Positions 36,236 through 46,696 of a stretch of DNA of 64,000 bases are shown here, piece by piece. A program made the position numbers and the translations under genes. Every line of letters begins with the position of its first letter. Positions within the stretch are counted from its first letter, which is position 1. The notes below the pieces were generated by a model. The model made no database searches, had not been told where the DNA came from, and worked only from the letters and a program-made list of their open reading frames with translations. The stretch covers positions 1,856,141-1,920,140 of the forward strand of contig OZ254086.1 of NCBI GenBank assembly GCA_965267575.1, read 5' to 3'. The stretch comes from Calditrichales bacterium (lineage in GTDB: Bacteria > Calditrichota > Calditrichia > Calditrichales > J004).

Positions 36236-36868
36236 GTGATGAAAGAGCAGGCAAAAAAACGTTTTATCACTTTTGAGGGCATTGATTTTTCCGGCAAAAG
36301 TACGCAGATAACCATGCTGCGCGGGTACCTGGAAGAGAAGGGCCATAAAGTGTTCGTCTTACGCGAACCGGGTGGGACGGACATATCCGAGGAAGTGCGC
36401 CGGATTTTACTGAAGCGGGAACATGACGCCATGAACGCCCGTACGGAGATATTACTGTTCAGTGCGGCAAGGGCACAATTAACTGCCGAGAAGGTGATGC
36501 CGCTTCTGGACAAGGATTATTTTGTCCTGGCCGACCGTTTTGTTGATTCAACGACAGCCTACCAGGGCTTCGGGCGCGGGCTGGAACACGATTTTGTCGA
36601 TCACGTTAATCAATTTGCCACGTTCGGATTGCTGCCCGGGCATACATTTTACCTGCGGCTTACGGCGGAAGAGGCCTTTGCCCGCAAAAGCCAAAGGGAG
36701 CGTCCCGAAGACAGGCTGGAGCAATCCGGGTTGGCGTTTTACGAAAAAGTGGTAAAAGGCTACGATACACTGGCCCAGCGTTTTGCGGACCGTTTCCGTG
36801 TGATAGATGCCACTCAAGATATATCCGCCATACACCGACAAGTCATTAAGACCATTGATATGTTATAA
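36236..36868 (+). CDS. tmk: dTMP kinase
   Basis: FITFEGIDFSGKSTQ P-loop and REPGGT. Confidence 0.9.
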   Translation: MMKEQAKKRFITFEGIDFSGKSTQITMLRGYLEEKGHKVFVLREPGGTDISEEVRRILLKREHDAMNARTEILLFSAARAQLTAEKVMPLLDKDYFVLADRFVDSTTAYQGFGRGLEHDFVDHVNQFATFGLLPGHTFYLRLTAEEAFARKSQRERPEDRLEQSGLAFYEKVVKGYDTLAQRFADRFRVIDATQDISAIHRQVIKTIDML

Positions 36869-36882
36869 CCAGGGAGTTTTTT

Positions 36883-38553
36883 ATGGAGCGTCGTCGTCCC
36901 TTCCTTATCGTCCTTCTGAGCATAATATTCTTATCTGCAAGCGGCTGGGTGGTTCAACCGCTTAATGCCGATGAGCAGGATTATTATTTCCGCCTCAAGA
37001 AGAGCTGGCAGCAGATGCAGAGCGTTTTCGAGAAAATCAACCTGCACTATGTGGAAGAGATCGACCCCTACCCGCTGGTCCAGGCCGCTATTGACGGCAT
37101 GCTGGATAAATTGGACCCCTACACGGTTTTTATTGAAGAAGACGGCGAACGGCGCCTGCGCATGATTACCACCGGCAAATACGGCGGGCTGGGGATGGAG
37201 ATCGGCATTAAGGAGGATGCGGTCACCGTCATTACGCCCATGGATAACTCCCCCGCCAAGCGTTCCGGCATCATGGCCGGCGATATCATCCGCGAGGTGG
37301 ACGGCACCGAAGTAAGCGGCTACAGTATCGACAAAGTGTCCGACCTGCTGCGCGGTGAAATCGGCAGCGACGTCACTCTTGTGATTGAACGGCCCGGCAC
37401 CGGCAAAACCATAGAGCTAAACCTGACCCGCGCTGAAATCGTAATTGAAGATGTGGGTTATGCCGGCTTTGTGAGTCCGGGTGTTGCTTATATCGCGCTG
37501 GAAGGTTTTACGGATAAGGCCGAAACCGAGGTTCGCCGGGCGATTCGCGAGCTGCGTGAAAACGGCAAACTCGAAAAAGTGATACTGGATCTGCGGGGTA
37601 ATCCCGGCGGGTTGCTGGACGCGGCGGTTGATATCGTAAATCTTTTTGTGCCGGCCGGTGAAACAGTCGTGTACACCAAGGGCTTCCGCGAGGGTGAGAT
37701 TGTTTTCGAGACTCGCAAAGAGCCGCTGCTGCCCGATGTGCCTTTGGCTGTTCTGGTGGATGAGGGCAGTGCCAGTGCCTCGGAAATCGTGGCCGGCGCC
37801 CTGCAGGATATGGATCGAGCCGTTATCATCGGGGAAGAGACTTTTGGCAAAGGGCTGGTTCAGAAAGTGTACAATGTAGACAAGAACAGTGACGCCAAGG
37901 TTAAAATCACAACCGCCAAGTATTACATACCCAGCGGCCGCTCCATTCAGAAAAAAGATTATGGTATGAACAATGAGGTGATCGTTACCGATTCCGTGGC
38001 AGCAAACGCCGAAGAGCACGCGCCCTATTATACGCGCAACAAAAGGACCGTTTACGACAGGGGCGGCATATATCCCGATATTTACATGAACGGCGATTCC
38101 CTCGGCTATGTATTGATTGAGCTGATGCGCAGCAATATGCTTTTTAATTTTGCGGTACAATACCAGCAGCAAAAAGATAATTGGGATGGTGAAGTCAGCG
38201 CCGGCGTGTATCAGGAGTTCCTGGATTTTCTGAAAGAACAGGATTTTGAGTTTCCAATCCGTGGAAAAGAGGAGCTAAACCACCTGCGTTCCCTGGCCTC
38301 GGACAACTCGCACTCAGAGGAACTGCTCAAAGCGCTGAATGAAGTGGAAGATCTGTTTTACGAATCGCGCGCGCAGATTCTGCAAAAACAGGAACAGCAT
38401 ATCCGTGAAGCTTTGCAGCTGGAATTGGCCGAGAAGTTTTTTGGCTCCAAGGGCCGCAAGAAGTTTGCTATCCGTAGTGACAGTCAGGTGTCCCGCGCTG
38501 TTGAAGTGCTGGAAAACCGCGAGCGCTACAACAAAATTCTCGCTGTAAATTGA
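36883..38553 (+). CDS. S41-family C-terminal processing peptidase
   Basis: PDZ segment (PAKRSGIMAGDII), GNPGG, and the SASASEI...K catalytic pattern. Confidence 0.85.
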   Translation: MERRRPFLIVLLSIIFLSASGWVVQPLNADEQDYYFRLKKSWQQMQSVFEKINLHYVEEIDPYPLVQAAIDGMLDKLDPYTVFIEEDGERRLRMITTGKYGGLGMEIGIKEDAVTVITPMDNSPAKRSGIMAGDIIREVDGTEVSGYSIDKVSDLLRGEIGSDVTLVIERPGTGKTIELNLTRAEIVIEDVGYAGFVSPGVAYIALEGFTDKAETEVRRAIRELRENGKLEKVILDLRGNPGGLLDAAVDIVNLFVPAGETVVYTKGFREGEIVFETRKEPLLPDVPLAVLVDEGSASASEIVAGALQDMDRAVIIGEETFGKGLVQKVYNVDKNSDAKVKITTAKYYIPSGRSIQKKDYGMNNEVIVTDSVAANAEEHAPYYTRNKRTVYDRGGIYPDIYMNGDSLGYVLIELMRSNMLFNFAVQYQQQKDNWDGEVSAGVYQEFLDFLKEQDFEFPIRGKEELNHLRSLASDNSHSEELLKALNEVEDLFYESRAQILQKQEQHIREALQLELAEKFFGSKGRKKFAIRSDSQVSRAVEVLENRERYNKILAVN

Positions 38554-38642
38554 AATAGAATATCCTCCTGCCTAAATTGACCTTTTGACCATCCTCCGCC
38601 CTAACCGGCGGGGGATTTTGTTTTATAATTCAATGCTTCAAA

Positions 38643-40028
38643 ATGACAACTCAGCGTTTGTTTGAAATTATCAATACCTGTGCCCGCGAAGTGGGCATTC
38701 CCGTTTATGTTGTAGGCGGCTTTGTGCGCGATTCCCTGCGCGGCGAGGAGCCCAAGAAGGACATAGACTTTGTTGTCGTGGGCGATGCCATGCGTTTTGC
38801 CGATCATCTAAAGGATTGCCTGAAGGTAAAACAGATGGCCAGGTATCCGCGGTTTGGCACGTTTATGTTCAGGTACAAAGGCTATACCCTGGAGTTTGTA
38901 AATGCCCGCGCAGAATCCTACACGGAAGATTCGCGCAAACCCGATACACGTCCCGCCGACCTGACAGCCGATTTGAGCCGCCGCGATTTTACCATAAACG
39001 CAATGGCCCGTCCTCTTAAAAACGCCCCCGATGCCGAAATCATCGATATTTTTGAGGGGCGCAGGGACCTCGAGGCCGGGGTTATCCGCACACCGCTGGA
39101 GCCTTCCCGCACGTTCAGCGATGATCCGTTGCGCATGTTGCGCGCCATACGCTTTGCCACGCGGCTTGGCTTTACCATAGACGAAAAGACCTTTAGCGCT
39201 ATCCGCGCAAATGCAGTGCGTCTGCAGATTATTTCCGTTGAACGCATTAATGATGAGTTCAGCAAAATACTGGAAGCGGACACGCCTTCCGGTGGAATGC
39301 GCCTGCTGGATGATAGCGGCTTGCTGGCCGAGTTCCTGCCGGAAGCGCTGGAGATGAAAGGCGTCGATCAGCGCCAGGATTTCCACCATAAGGATGTTTT
39401 TAACCATACGCTGCAGGTAATGGACAACGTTGCCGAGCGCAGCCCAAAACTAGAGTTAAGGTTAGCCGCCCTGTTTCATGACATTGCTAAACCGCGCACC
39501 AAGCGCTTTATTGAAGGCACGGGGTGGACTTTTCACGGGCACGAGGTGGTTGGCGAGCGCATGGCCAAAGCAATTCTCAAACGATTAAAATTTTCCAAAG
39601 AAACGATCGCATATGTGGCGAAGCTGGTGCGTTTACATTTGCGACCCATGGCCCTGGTAGATGACGAAGTGACCGACTCTGCCATCCGGCGCCTGCTGTT
39701 TATGGCCGGCGATGATTTTGAGGATTTGATGCAGCTTTGCCGCGCGGATATTACGTCAAAAAACCCGCAGCGTGTAAAACGCTACCTGGCCAATTATGAT
39801 TACCTGCTGGAAAAAATCAACGATGTGGAGGAGCGCGACCGTATCCGCAATTTTCAACCGCCCGTTAGCGGTGAGGAAATTATGGAGATATTTAACTGCA
39901 AGCCGGGGCCGTTGATCGGGCGAGTCAAAAAGTTTGTTCAGGAGGCTATTCTTGAGGGGGACGTGCCCAACGATCATGATGCCTGCGTGAAGCTTATTAT
40001 GCAAAACAAAGAGCGCTTTATAGAATAG
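38643..40028 (+). CDS. cca: CCA-adding enzyme / poly(A) polymerase-family tRNA nucleotidyltransferase with an HD domain
   Basis: VGGFVRD...DIDF, RRDFTINA, and a C-terminal HD (HDIAKP). Confidence 0.85.
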   Translation: MTTQRLFEIINTCAREVGIPVYVVGGFVRDSLRGEEPKKDIDFVVVGDAMRFADHLKDCLKVKQMARYPRFGTFMFRYKGYTLEFVNARAESYTEDSRKPDTRPADLTADLSRRDFTINAMARPLKNAPDAEIIDIFEGRRDLEAGVIRTPLEPSRTFSDDPLRMLRAIRFATRLGFTIDEKTFSAIRANAVRLQIISVERINDEFSKILEADTPSGGMRLLDDSGLLAEFLPEALEMKGVDQRQDFHHKDVFNHTLQVMDNVAERSPKLELRLAALFHDIAKPRTKRFIEGTGWTFHGHEVVGERMAKAILKRLKFSKETIAYVAKLVRLHLRPMALVDDEVTDSAIRRLLFMAGDDFEDLMQLCRADITSKNPQRVKRYLANYDYLLEKINDVEERDRIRNFQPPVSGEEIMEIFNCKPGPLIGRVKKFVQEAILEGDVPNDHDACVKLIMQNKERFIE

Positions 40029-40148
40029 TCTAATTCCTGCTTTTGTTCTCTTACAACATTCCTTAATTTGTCCGAACCAACGCACAACTAATGCAACTTT
40101 TCACAATGGTTGCCGTCACTTTACAATCACTTCATTCAGGAGGCCAAA

Positions 40149-40865
40149 ATGAACGAGAGCACGCAATCCGCACCTGCGTCATCTAATCCGGTTGATACAG
40201 TTGTTAAAGTTTTTACCGATCCCCAAAAAGCATTTGAACAGGTCAAAGCGAAACCAACCTGGCTGTTGCCGATACTGATCAGCATCATTGTAGGTTTGGC
40301 ATTTACTTACCTGACACAAGATATACAAGCCGAGATGCAGCGCGATTTCATTATGGAATCCGAACGCTACACGGAAGAGCAGAAGGACATGATCCTGGAG
40401 AATATGGAGAACCCCGGTGCTTTTATGAAAAACGTGATGCCGGCTTTGGGTGTGGTTGTATGGTCGTTTGTGGCGCCGCTGGGCATTGCTTTGGGCATGC
40501 TTATATTCGGTAATTTTATTTTTGGCGGGCAGTCGACTTTTAAGATGAATTTTGTCGTTGCCGCGTGGGCCGGATTGATCGGGGCACTGGAAGCACTCAT
40601 CAAATTGCCGTTGGTGCTGGCCAAGGGCAGTATGCACGTTTACACGTCGCTGGCGGTCTTTATGGATCCGTCCGAGTTCAAGACGGTTACCTTTGGCATT
40701 CTCAACCTGGTAGACATTTTTTCAATCTGGAAAATCATCGTTTATGCCATCGGTTTCAGCGTTATTTATAAATTTGCACGAAACAAAGGCTACATTACTC
40801 TCGTCGTTCTATACCTGATATACGGTTTTGCCGCAATCGGATTCACACAATTATTCGCATTCTAA
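40149..40865 (+). CDS. Yip1-domain membrane protein
   Basis: 5 TM helices. The ATG is preceded by AGGAGG. The family call is moderate. Confidence 0.6.
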   Translation: MNESTQSAPASSNPVDTVVKVFTDPQKAFEQVKAKPTWLLPILISIIVGLAFTYLTQDIQAEMQRDFIMESERYTEEQKDMILENMENPGAFMKNVMPALGVVVWSFVAPLGIALGMLIFGNFIFGGQSTFKMNFVVAAWAGLIGALEALIKLPLVLAKGSMHVYTSLAVFMDPSEFKTVTFGILNLVDIFSIWKIIVYAIGFSVIYKFARNKGYITLVVLYLIYGFAAIGFTQLFAF

Positions 40866-40879
40866 AAAGGAGTTCTTTT

Positions 40880-42253
40880 ATGAGATCGTTCGCATGGTCG
40901 CTTTTTGTTCTGGTCTGGACAGTATTTGCTTTCGGCCAGCAGGCGGAGAAACTGACGCTGGAGCAATGTATTCAGATTGCCGTTGAAAATAACGCCGCGT
41001 TACAGCAAACCCGCCTTAATAATGAGGCCGCCGATTATGATGTGACGGGAAGCTATTCGGATATTATGCCTTCCCTGGATCTGAGTTTTCGTAAGGGCGA
41101 GTCTAACATTGGCCGTTCGGAAAGAATAATTACCGACGCGGTAATAGGTGTTGATCCTGCTACGGGCCAGCCCATCTATGGTACGGTAACAGCCACGACA
41201 CCCAAGCAGTATTCCAAAGACCACTCTTTTACGGTAACCGTTAACCAGCTTATTTACGACGGAGGCCGTTGGTGGAATTCTATCCGTAAGGCAAACGTGG
41301 ATAAAGAATCTTCTGACCTGGAACTGCAAGGGGAAGAAAGTACAACCGTACTAGCTGTTCAGGAAGCGTATTTTGACCTGGTAAAGCAGATCAAGATTTA
41401 TGATGTGAATAAGGTGGCCGTTCAGCGCAGCCAGGACCAGCTGCAGCGCACCGAAAAAATGTACGAGCTGGGTTCGCGGGCGCGGCTGGATGTTTTCCAG
41501 GCAAAAGTGAATCTGGGCAATGACCGCATCAATCTTCTGACCCAGGAAAATGTGGTTGAAGATGCACGCAGGAATTTAAATATCACTATGGGCAGGGAGC
41601 CGGATAAACCGCTGGACGTCATTGTTGATCCTGTTGTACAGGCGGAAATCAACGATATGGGAAGCCTGGTTGATATGGCAATGGAAACAAACCCTTATCT
41701 GGAAAAAAGTGAAGTTGATATTAAATCCAGTGAACTGGGTATTTCTCTTGCACAGGCCAGCTACTATCCGCGTCTTTCAACCTATTTTCAGTACAATCGC
41801 CGAAACTCGGATTTTGAAAAAATCTATGATGACCTTAATCGCGAATATGTATGGTCGGTTGGGCTTCAGCTAAGTTGGAACCTGTTCAATGGTCTGGAAG
41901 ATCATGTCTTTGTACAAAAGTCCAAGCTGTCGAAGCGCAGTGCAGAAATAGCCTACAATGATATCCAGCGCCGTCTGAAGTCCAGAATACACGCGCTGCA
42001 CGCCAATTATGTGTCTTACCTGGAAATCATTGAGATTAACCGCGAAAACCTGGCGGCGGCCAGAGAGGAATTGCGGCTTGCCCAGGAACGTTACCAGGTT
42101 GGTGCCGGCACGTCTCTGGAAGTGCGCGAGGCCCAGGTTAAGCTTACCCAGGCCGAGCAGACGCTGATAGCGGCGCAGTACAACGCCCTTATCACCAAGG
42201 CGCAACTCGATAACGAAACGGGCGTAACAGTACAAAAACTGAACGAATTATAA
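40880..42253 (+). CDS. TolC-family outer-membrane efflux protein
   Basis: Signal peptide, LTLEQCIQIAVENN start, and duplicated OEP repeats. Confidence 0.85.
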   Translation: MRSFAWSLFVLVWTVFAFGQQAEKLTLEQCIQIAVENNAALQQTRLNNEAADYDVTGSYSDIMPSLDLSFRKGESNIGRSERIITDAVIGVDPATGQPIYGTVTATTPKQYSKDHSFTVTVNQLIYDGGRWWNSIRKANVDKESSDLELQGEESTTVLAVQEAYFDLVKQIKIYDVNKVAVQRSQDQLQRTEKMYELGSRARLDVFQAKVNLGNDRINLLTQENVVEDARRNLNITMGREPDKPLDVIVDPVVQAEINDMGSLVDMAMETNPYLEKSEVDIKSSELGISLAQASYYPRLSTYFQYNRRNSDFEKIYDDLNREYVWSVGLQLSWNLFNGLEDHVFVQKSKLSKRSAEIAYNDIQRRLKSRIHALHANYVSYLEIIEINRENLAAAREELRLAQERYQVGAGTSLEVREAQVKLTQAEQTLIAAQYNALITKAQLDNETGVTVQKLNEL

Positions 42254-42263
42254 CGGAGATTTT

Positions 42264-43469
42264 ATGAAGAAGGTATGGATCATAATTGCTCTTGTGGTTG
42301 TCATTGGTGCTTTCGTTGCCGCCAATCTGCTGCAGGAGGAAGAAGGTCAGGAAGTTACGGCCGAAAAAGTGGAAAAAGGAACGGTTATCCAGAAAGTTAC
42401 CGGTTCCGGGCAAATAACGCCGGCCGTAGAGGTGAGCGTTAGCGCTAATGTATCCGGCCGGATTGTAGCTCTGCATGCCGAAGAAGGCGATCGCGTAAAA
42501 AAGGGCCAGCTTCTGGTCGAATTGGAACGCGAACAGTACGAGGCGGCGGTGCAGCGGGCAGAGTCGTCTTTACTGAGTGCTGTGGCACGCGAAAAAAGGG
42601 CCAACAGCGAGCTTGTACGTGCCCGTGAGTTACACGAGCAAAAACTGATGTCCGACGCGGAGTTCGAAGCGCTGGAAGCTACCTACCTGGAAGCTGAAGC
42701 GGCGCGGATGCAAGCTGAAGCATCACGCGACGAGGCTTTGGATCAGTTGCGGAAAACGCGCTTGTATGCGGATATGAATGGCGTTGTAACCAAACTTAAT
42801 AAAGAACAGGGCGAGATGGCCATAGGAGCCACCTTCACAGAAGACGTTATCATGATCATATCCGATCTTTCGGTCATGGAAGCGGTAATAGAGGTAGATG
42901 AAAACGAAGTAGTAAGCATTAACGAAGGCGACAGCGCCGCGGTAGAGGTGGATGCATTCCCCGATACATTGTTCTGGGGCGATGTGACCGAGATAGCCAA
43001 CTCCGCTATCACCAAAGGCCTGGGCACGCAGGAGCAGGTGACCAATTTTGAGATCACGATTACGCTGCGTGACCCCAACGCCAAATTCCGCCCGGGCATG
43101 AGCACCACGGTGGACATTTACACCGATCGCCATGATGACGTGCTGCGGGTACCCATACAATCGGTAACCGTGCGCGAAAAGAAGCGCCTGGAGAAAAAAG
43201 GCGACGTGGAAGACCAGCCTGCTGAAGAGGAAACGGTTAAGAGCGCAGCCGATGAGAACGTGGAAGTGGTTTTTGTTGTGGAAGAAGGCAAAGCCATTGC
43301 CAAACCGATCAAGCTGGGCATAAGCGATGATACGCATTTTGCTATCCTCTCCGGCATTAATGAAGGTGATGAAGTTATCACCGGGCCATTTAAGCTGCTC
43401 AGCCGTTCTCTTAGCAATGAAGACAAAGTACAGGTAAAGAAAGACAATCGTTATGCTAATAAAGATTAA
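42264..43469 (+). CDS. HlyD/MacA-type periplasmic adaptor subunit
   Basis: N-terminal TM helix, lipoyl/coiled-coil hairpin and beta-barrel pattern. Confidence 0.85.
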   Translation: MKKVWIIIALVVVIGAFVAANLLQEEEGQEVTAEKVEKGTVIQKVTGSGQITPAVEVSVSANVSGRIVALHAEEGDRVKKGQLLVELEREQYEAAVQRAESSLLSAVAREKRANSELVRARELHEQKLMSDAEFEALEATYLEAEAARMQAEASRDEALDQLRKTRLYADMNGVVTKLNKEQGEMAIGATFTEDVIMIISDLSVMEAVIEVDENEVVSINEGDSAAVEVDAFPDTLFWGDVTEIANSAITKGLGTQEQVTNFEITITLRDPNAKFRPGMSTTVDIYTDRHDDVLRVPIQSVTVREKKRLEKKGDVEDQPAEEETVKSAADENVEVVFVVEEGKAIAKPIKLGISDDTHFAILSGINEGDEVITGPFKLLSRSLSNEDKVQVKKDNRYANKD

Positions 43470-44151
43470 AGACTTATTTAAGATCTATGACCTTGGTGAA
43501 GTGAAGGTAAACGCCCTTAATGGCGTGGATGTGGAGATAGCCAAAAACGAGTATGTGGCGATTATGGGACCGTCCGGCTCCGGCAAGTCCACCCTGATGA
43601 ATATCATCGGCTGCCTTGATGTGCCGAGCAAGGGCGAATACATCCTGAACGAACGCCAGGTTAATGATATGAATGATGACGAACTGGCCTTTATCCGCAA
43701 CAAGGAAATTGGCTTTGTTTTTCAAACCTTTAATCTTTTGCCCCGCGCGGATGCATTGCACAATGTTGAGTTGCCGCTGATCTACAACGGAACGGCGCGC
43801 GGGGAAAGGCGCAAAATTGCCGAAGAGATGCTTGCAAACGTGGGTCTGGGCGATCGCATGCACCACAAGCCCAACGAGCTTTCCGGCGGGCAGCGCCAGC
43901 GTGTGGCCATTGCCCGTGCGCTGGTGAACAGACCGTCCATCATCCTGGCAGACGAGCCCACCGGTAACCTGGACTCAAAAACCGGCGAAGAGATCATGCA
44001 GGTTTTTGAAAGACTGCACGATCTTGGAAATACTATCATTCTTGTTACACACGAAGAACACGTCGCCGCACACAGTAACCGCGTTATCCGCCTGCTCGAC
44101 GGCAAGATTTTGTCCGACGAAAAAATTGAAAAAACAGCCTTAGCCCAATAA
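43453..44151 (+). CDS. MacB/LolD-type ABC transporter ATP-binding protein
   Basis: [35 protein letters not shown]. Confidence 0.9.
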   Translation: MLIKIKDLFKIYDLGEVKVNALNGVDVEIAKNEYVAIMGPSGSGKSTLMNIIGCLDVPSKGEYILNERQVNDMNDDELAFIRNKEIGFVFQTFNLLPRADALHNVELPLIYNGTARGERRKIAEEMLANVGLGDRMHHKPNELSGGQRQRVAIARALVNRPSIILADEPTGNLDSKTGEEIMQVFERLHDLGNTIILVTHEEHVAAHSNRVIRLLDGKILSDEKIEKTALAQ

Positions 44152-44159
44152 GGATACAT

Positions 44160-45395
44160 ATGTCTGCATACAGGATTTACTCGCTGGTCAGTGAATATCT
44201 ATTGATGGCCTGGACAGCGTTGCGCAGCCATAAGCTGCGTTCGTTCCTTACTACCCTCGGCATTTTTATCGGTGTGACCACCATTATAACTATCTGGACG
44301 ACCATCCAGGGACTCAACAGCTACATCACCGGCGCTTTTGCCGATATCGGTCAATCTGTTTTGTATGTCGAAAAGATGCCCTGGGTTATCACCGATAATT
44401 ACTGGAAATACCGCAACCGTGATGATATCACCTGGAAAGAGTACGAGGCCATCGAGGCCCAGAGCCGCCTGGCAGACCAGATAACGCCGCAGGTCGTTTC
44501 AATGAAACGCGTTGGTTATGAAGAAAACAAGTTTGACAATATTCCGATACTGGGAACGACCGAATCTTTCCTTTACACAGCGGGTACGCAACCCGAAGTG
44601 GGCCGTTTTCTTACGACGATTGATGTGCGTAACCGGGTCCCTGTGGTTATACTCGGGGCGGAACTCGCCGAGCGCCTTTTTGAAAAGCAGAACCCTATTG
44701 GCCGGCGTATAAAAATTGATGGCGAAAAATACCGTGTGGTTGGTGTGTTGGAGCGGCAAGGTGAGTTTTTTGGACAAACACGTGACAACTACGCTGTTGT
44801 TCCGATTGGTACATTCCAACGTGTATATGGCGGGCACCGCGGTATGCAGATTGCCGTAATGACCAATAACCCCGATATGCTTGATGATTTAAAAGAGGAG
44901 CTGCGCGGCATTCTGCGCCGGGTGCGTAAGGTGGAACCCGCTGATGAAGACAATTTTGCCCTTAACCAGCAAAGCCAGCTTACCGATTTTTATCAGAATA
45001 CAACCAAAACGCTGTACGGCGTTATTATCATCATTGCCGGTATTTCGCTGCTGGTAGGGGGCATCGGCATTACCAACATTATGATGGTAAGCGTTACCGA
45101 ACGCACCAAAGAGATAGGATTGCGCAAAGCCGTCGGCGCCACCCGTTCCAATATCCTGACGCAATTTTTGTTTGAATCTGTTTCCATTGCTTCTGTCGGC
45201 GGGGTTGTTGGTATTGCCGCGGGCATTGCGGCGGGCGGATTTGTGCTGGGACTGATGCAGGTGGACGAGGGCATCGGGCTCAGTTCGATTATTGTCGGAT
45301 TTGGTTTTTCGACCTTTGTGGGCGTCGTTTCCGGGTTTTATCCTGCCTACAAAGCCAGCAAGCTCAACCCTATCGATTCATTGCGTTATGAGTGA
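44160..45395 (+). CDS. ABC transporter permease (MacB_PCD + FtsX domains)
   Basis: N-terminal TM helix, a periplasmic domain, and a C-terminal FtsX pattern (ERTKEIGLRKAVGA). Confidence 0.85.
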   Translation: MSAYRIYSLVSEYLLMAWTALRSHKLRSFLTTLGIFIGVTTIITIWTTIQGLNSYITGAFADIGQSVLYVEKMPWVITDNYWKYRNRDDITWKEYEAIEAQSRLADQITPQVVSMKRVGYEENKFDNIPILGTTESFLYTAGTQPEVGRFLTTIDVRNRVPVVILGAELAERLFEKQNPIGRRIKIDGEKYRVVGVLERQGEFFGQTRDNYAVVPIGTFQRVYGGHRGMQIAVMTNNPDMLDDLKEELRGILRRVRKVEPADEDNFALNQQSQLTDFYQNTTKTLYGVIIIIAGISLLVGGIGITNIMMVSVTERTKEIGLRKAVGATRSNILTQFLFESVSIASVGGVVGIAAGIAAGGFVLGLMQVDEGIGLSSIIVGFGFSTFVGVVSGFYPAYKASKLNPIDSLRYE

Positions 45396-45401
45396 GGTTT
45401 T

Positions 45402-46628
45402 ATGCTAAAAGATAATTTAACGATCGCCTTAAACCAGTTGCGCTCCGGCAAGCTGCGTTCGTTTCTTACCGTTCTGGGCATAACTATTGGTATTGCCACG
45501 GTTATCTTTATCGTGGCTGTGCTGGAAGGTTATTTTTCAAGCATCAGCAGTGATCTGAATGTTCTGGGCGCCAATACTTTCCAGGTGCAGAAATGGGACA
45601 ATTTTGGCGGCATCCGTGTGGGCGACGGCGACAGCCGAAACCGCAAAGACCTGGACCGTAGCCTGGCTAAAGTTTTGCGCGAGGAATGCCAGCTCGTTTC
45701 GCAGGTGGGCGCCGAAGTCTGGCAGTTTGGCCAGGTGCTTGAATACAAGGATAAACGTACCAACCCCGTTATGCAGCTCGCGGGTGCTGAGCCGGAGTTT
45801 TTTCCAAACAACGGATACTTTATTGATCGCGGCAGACCTGTTACGCGCGAAGACGTCGTTAACAACCGCCGGGTGATCGTGCTGGGGATGGATGCTGTGG
45901 ACAAGCTGTTTCCTTTTGAAGATCCGCTGGGCAAACAGGTACGCCTGCGCGGCCTCAAGTTTACGGTTGTCGGCGTGCTGGAGGAAATGGGCAGCCAGAC
46001 ATTCGGCGATACGAAAGACAATAAGCTGGCCATACCTATCACCACTTTCGAAGATATTTACGGTAAAGAACGCTCTGCTATTATCACGGTTAGCGTAAAA
46101 GACCAGGTCAATTTTGAAGAAGCCAAAGACGAAGTGATCGGTGTGTTGCGCCGTGAACGCAAGGTACCGCCCGGCGAGGAAAACGATTTTGCCATTTTTT
46201 CCAATGATACGCTTGTCGATTCTTTCCGTGATGTAGCCAATATGGTGCAGCTTGCCGCCGGGGTATTGGGCCTCATCTCTCTCGTTGTCGGCAGCATCGG
46301 CGTAATGAATATTATGCTGGTTACGGTGACCGAGCGAACCCGCGAAATAGGCATCCGCAAGGCCGTGGGCGCCACCCGCCGCGTTATCCTGTTGCAGTTT
46401 CTGAATGAGTCCGTCCTGCTCAGTCTGGTGGGCGGTTTACTGGGCATGTTAATCGGTTTCGCGCTGGCCGGCATTACCAACAGTATTCTTGAAATCCCGA
46501 TGGTTTTCCCAATCTGGGTGGTTGTCAGCGCTGTTCTTGTAACCAGTGCTGTGGGGCTGGCCGCGGGTATCTATCCCGCTGCAAAAGCGTCGCGTCTGGA
46601 TCCCATCAACGCCCTTCGCTACGAGTAG
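45402..46628 (+). CDS. ABC transporter permease (MacB_PCD + FtsX domains), paralog
   Basis: Same architecture as the preceding gene (ERTREIGIRKAVGA). Confidence 0.85.
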   Translation: MLKDNLTIALNQLRSGKLRSFLTVLGITIGIATVIFIVAVLEGYFSSISSDLNVLGANTFQVQKWDNFGGIRVGDGDSRNRKDLDRSLAKVLREECQLVSQVGAEVWQFGQVLEYKDKRTNPVMQLAGAEPEFFPNNGYFIDRGRPVTREDVVNNRRVIVLGMDAVDKLFPFEDPLGKQVRLRGLKFTVVGVLEEMGSQTFGDTKDNKLAIPITTFEDIYGKERSAIITVSVKDQVNFEEAKDEVIGVLRRERKVPPGEENDFAIFSNDTLVDSFRDVANMVQLAAGVLGLISLVVGSIGVMNIMLVTVTERTREIGIRKAVGATRRVILLQFLNESVLLSLVGGLLGMLIGFALAGITNSILEIPMVFPIWVVVSAVLVTSAVGLAAGIYPAAKASRLDPINALRYE

Positions 46629-46696
46629 ATCACATCTTTTGGCTCATCCCGGTTTGGCGGCCACCCATACCGGGATCCCGCCAGACCCAGCCGGTT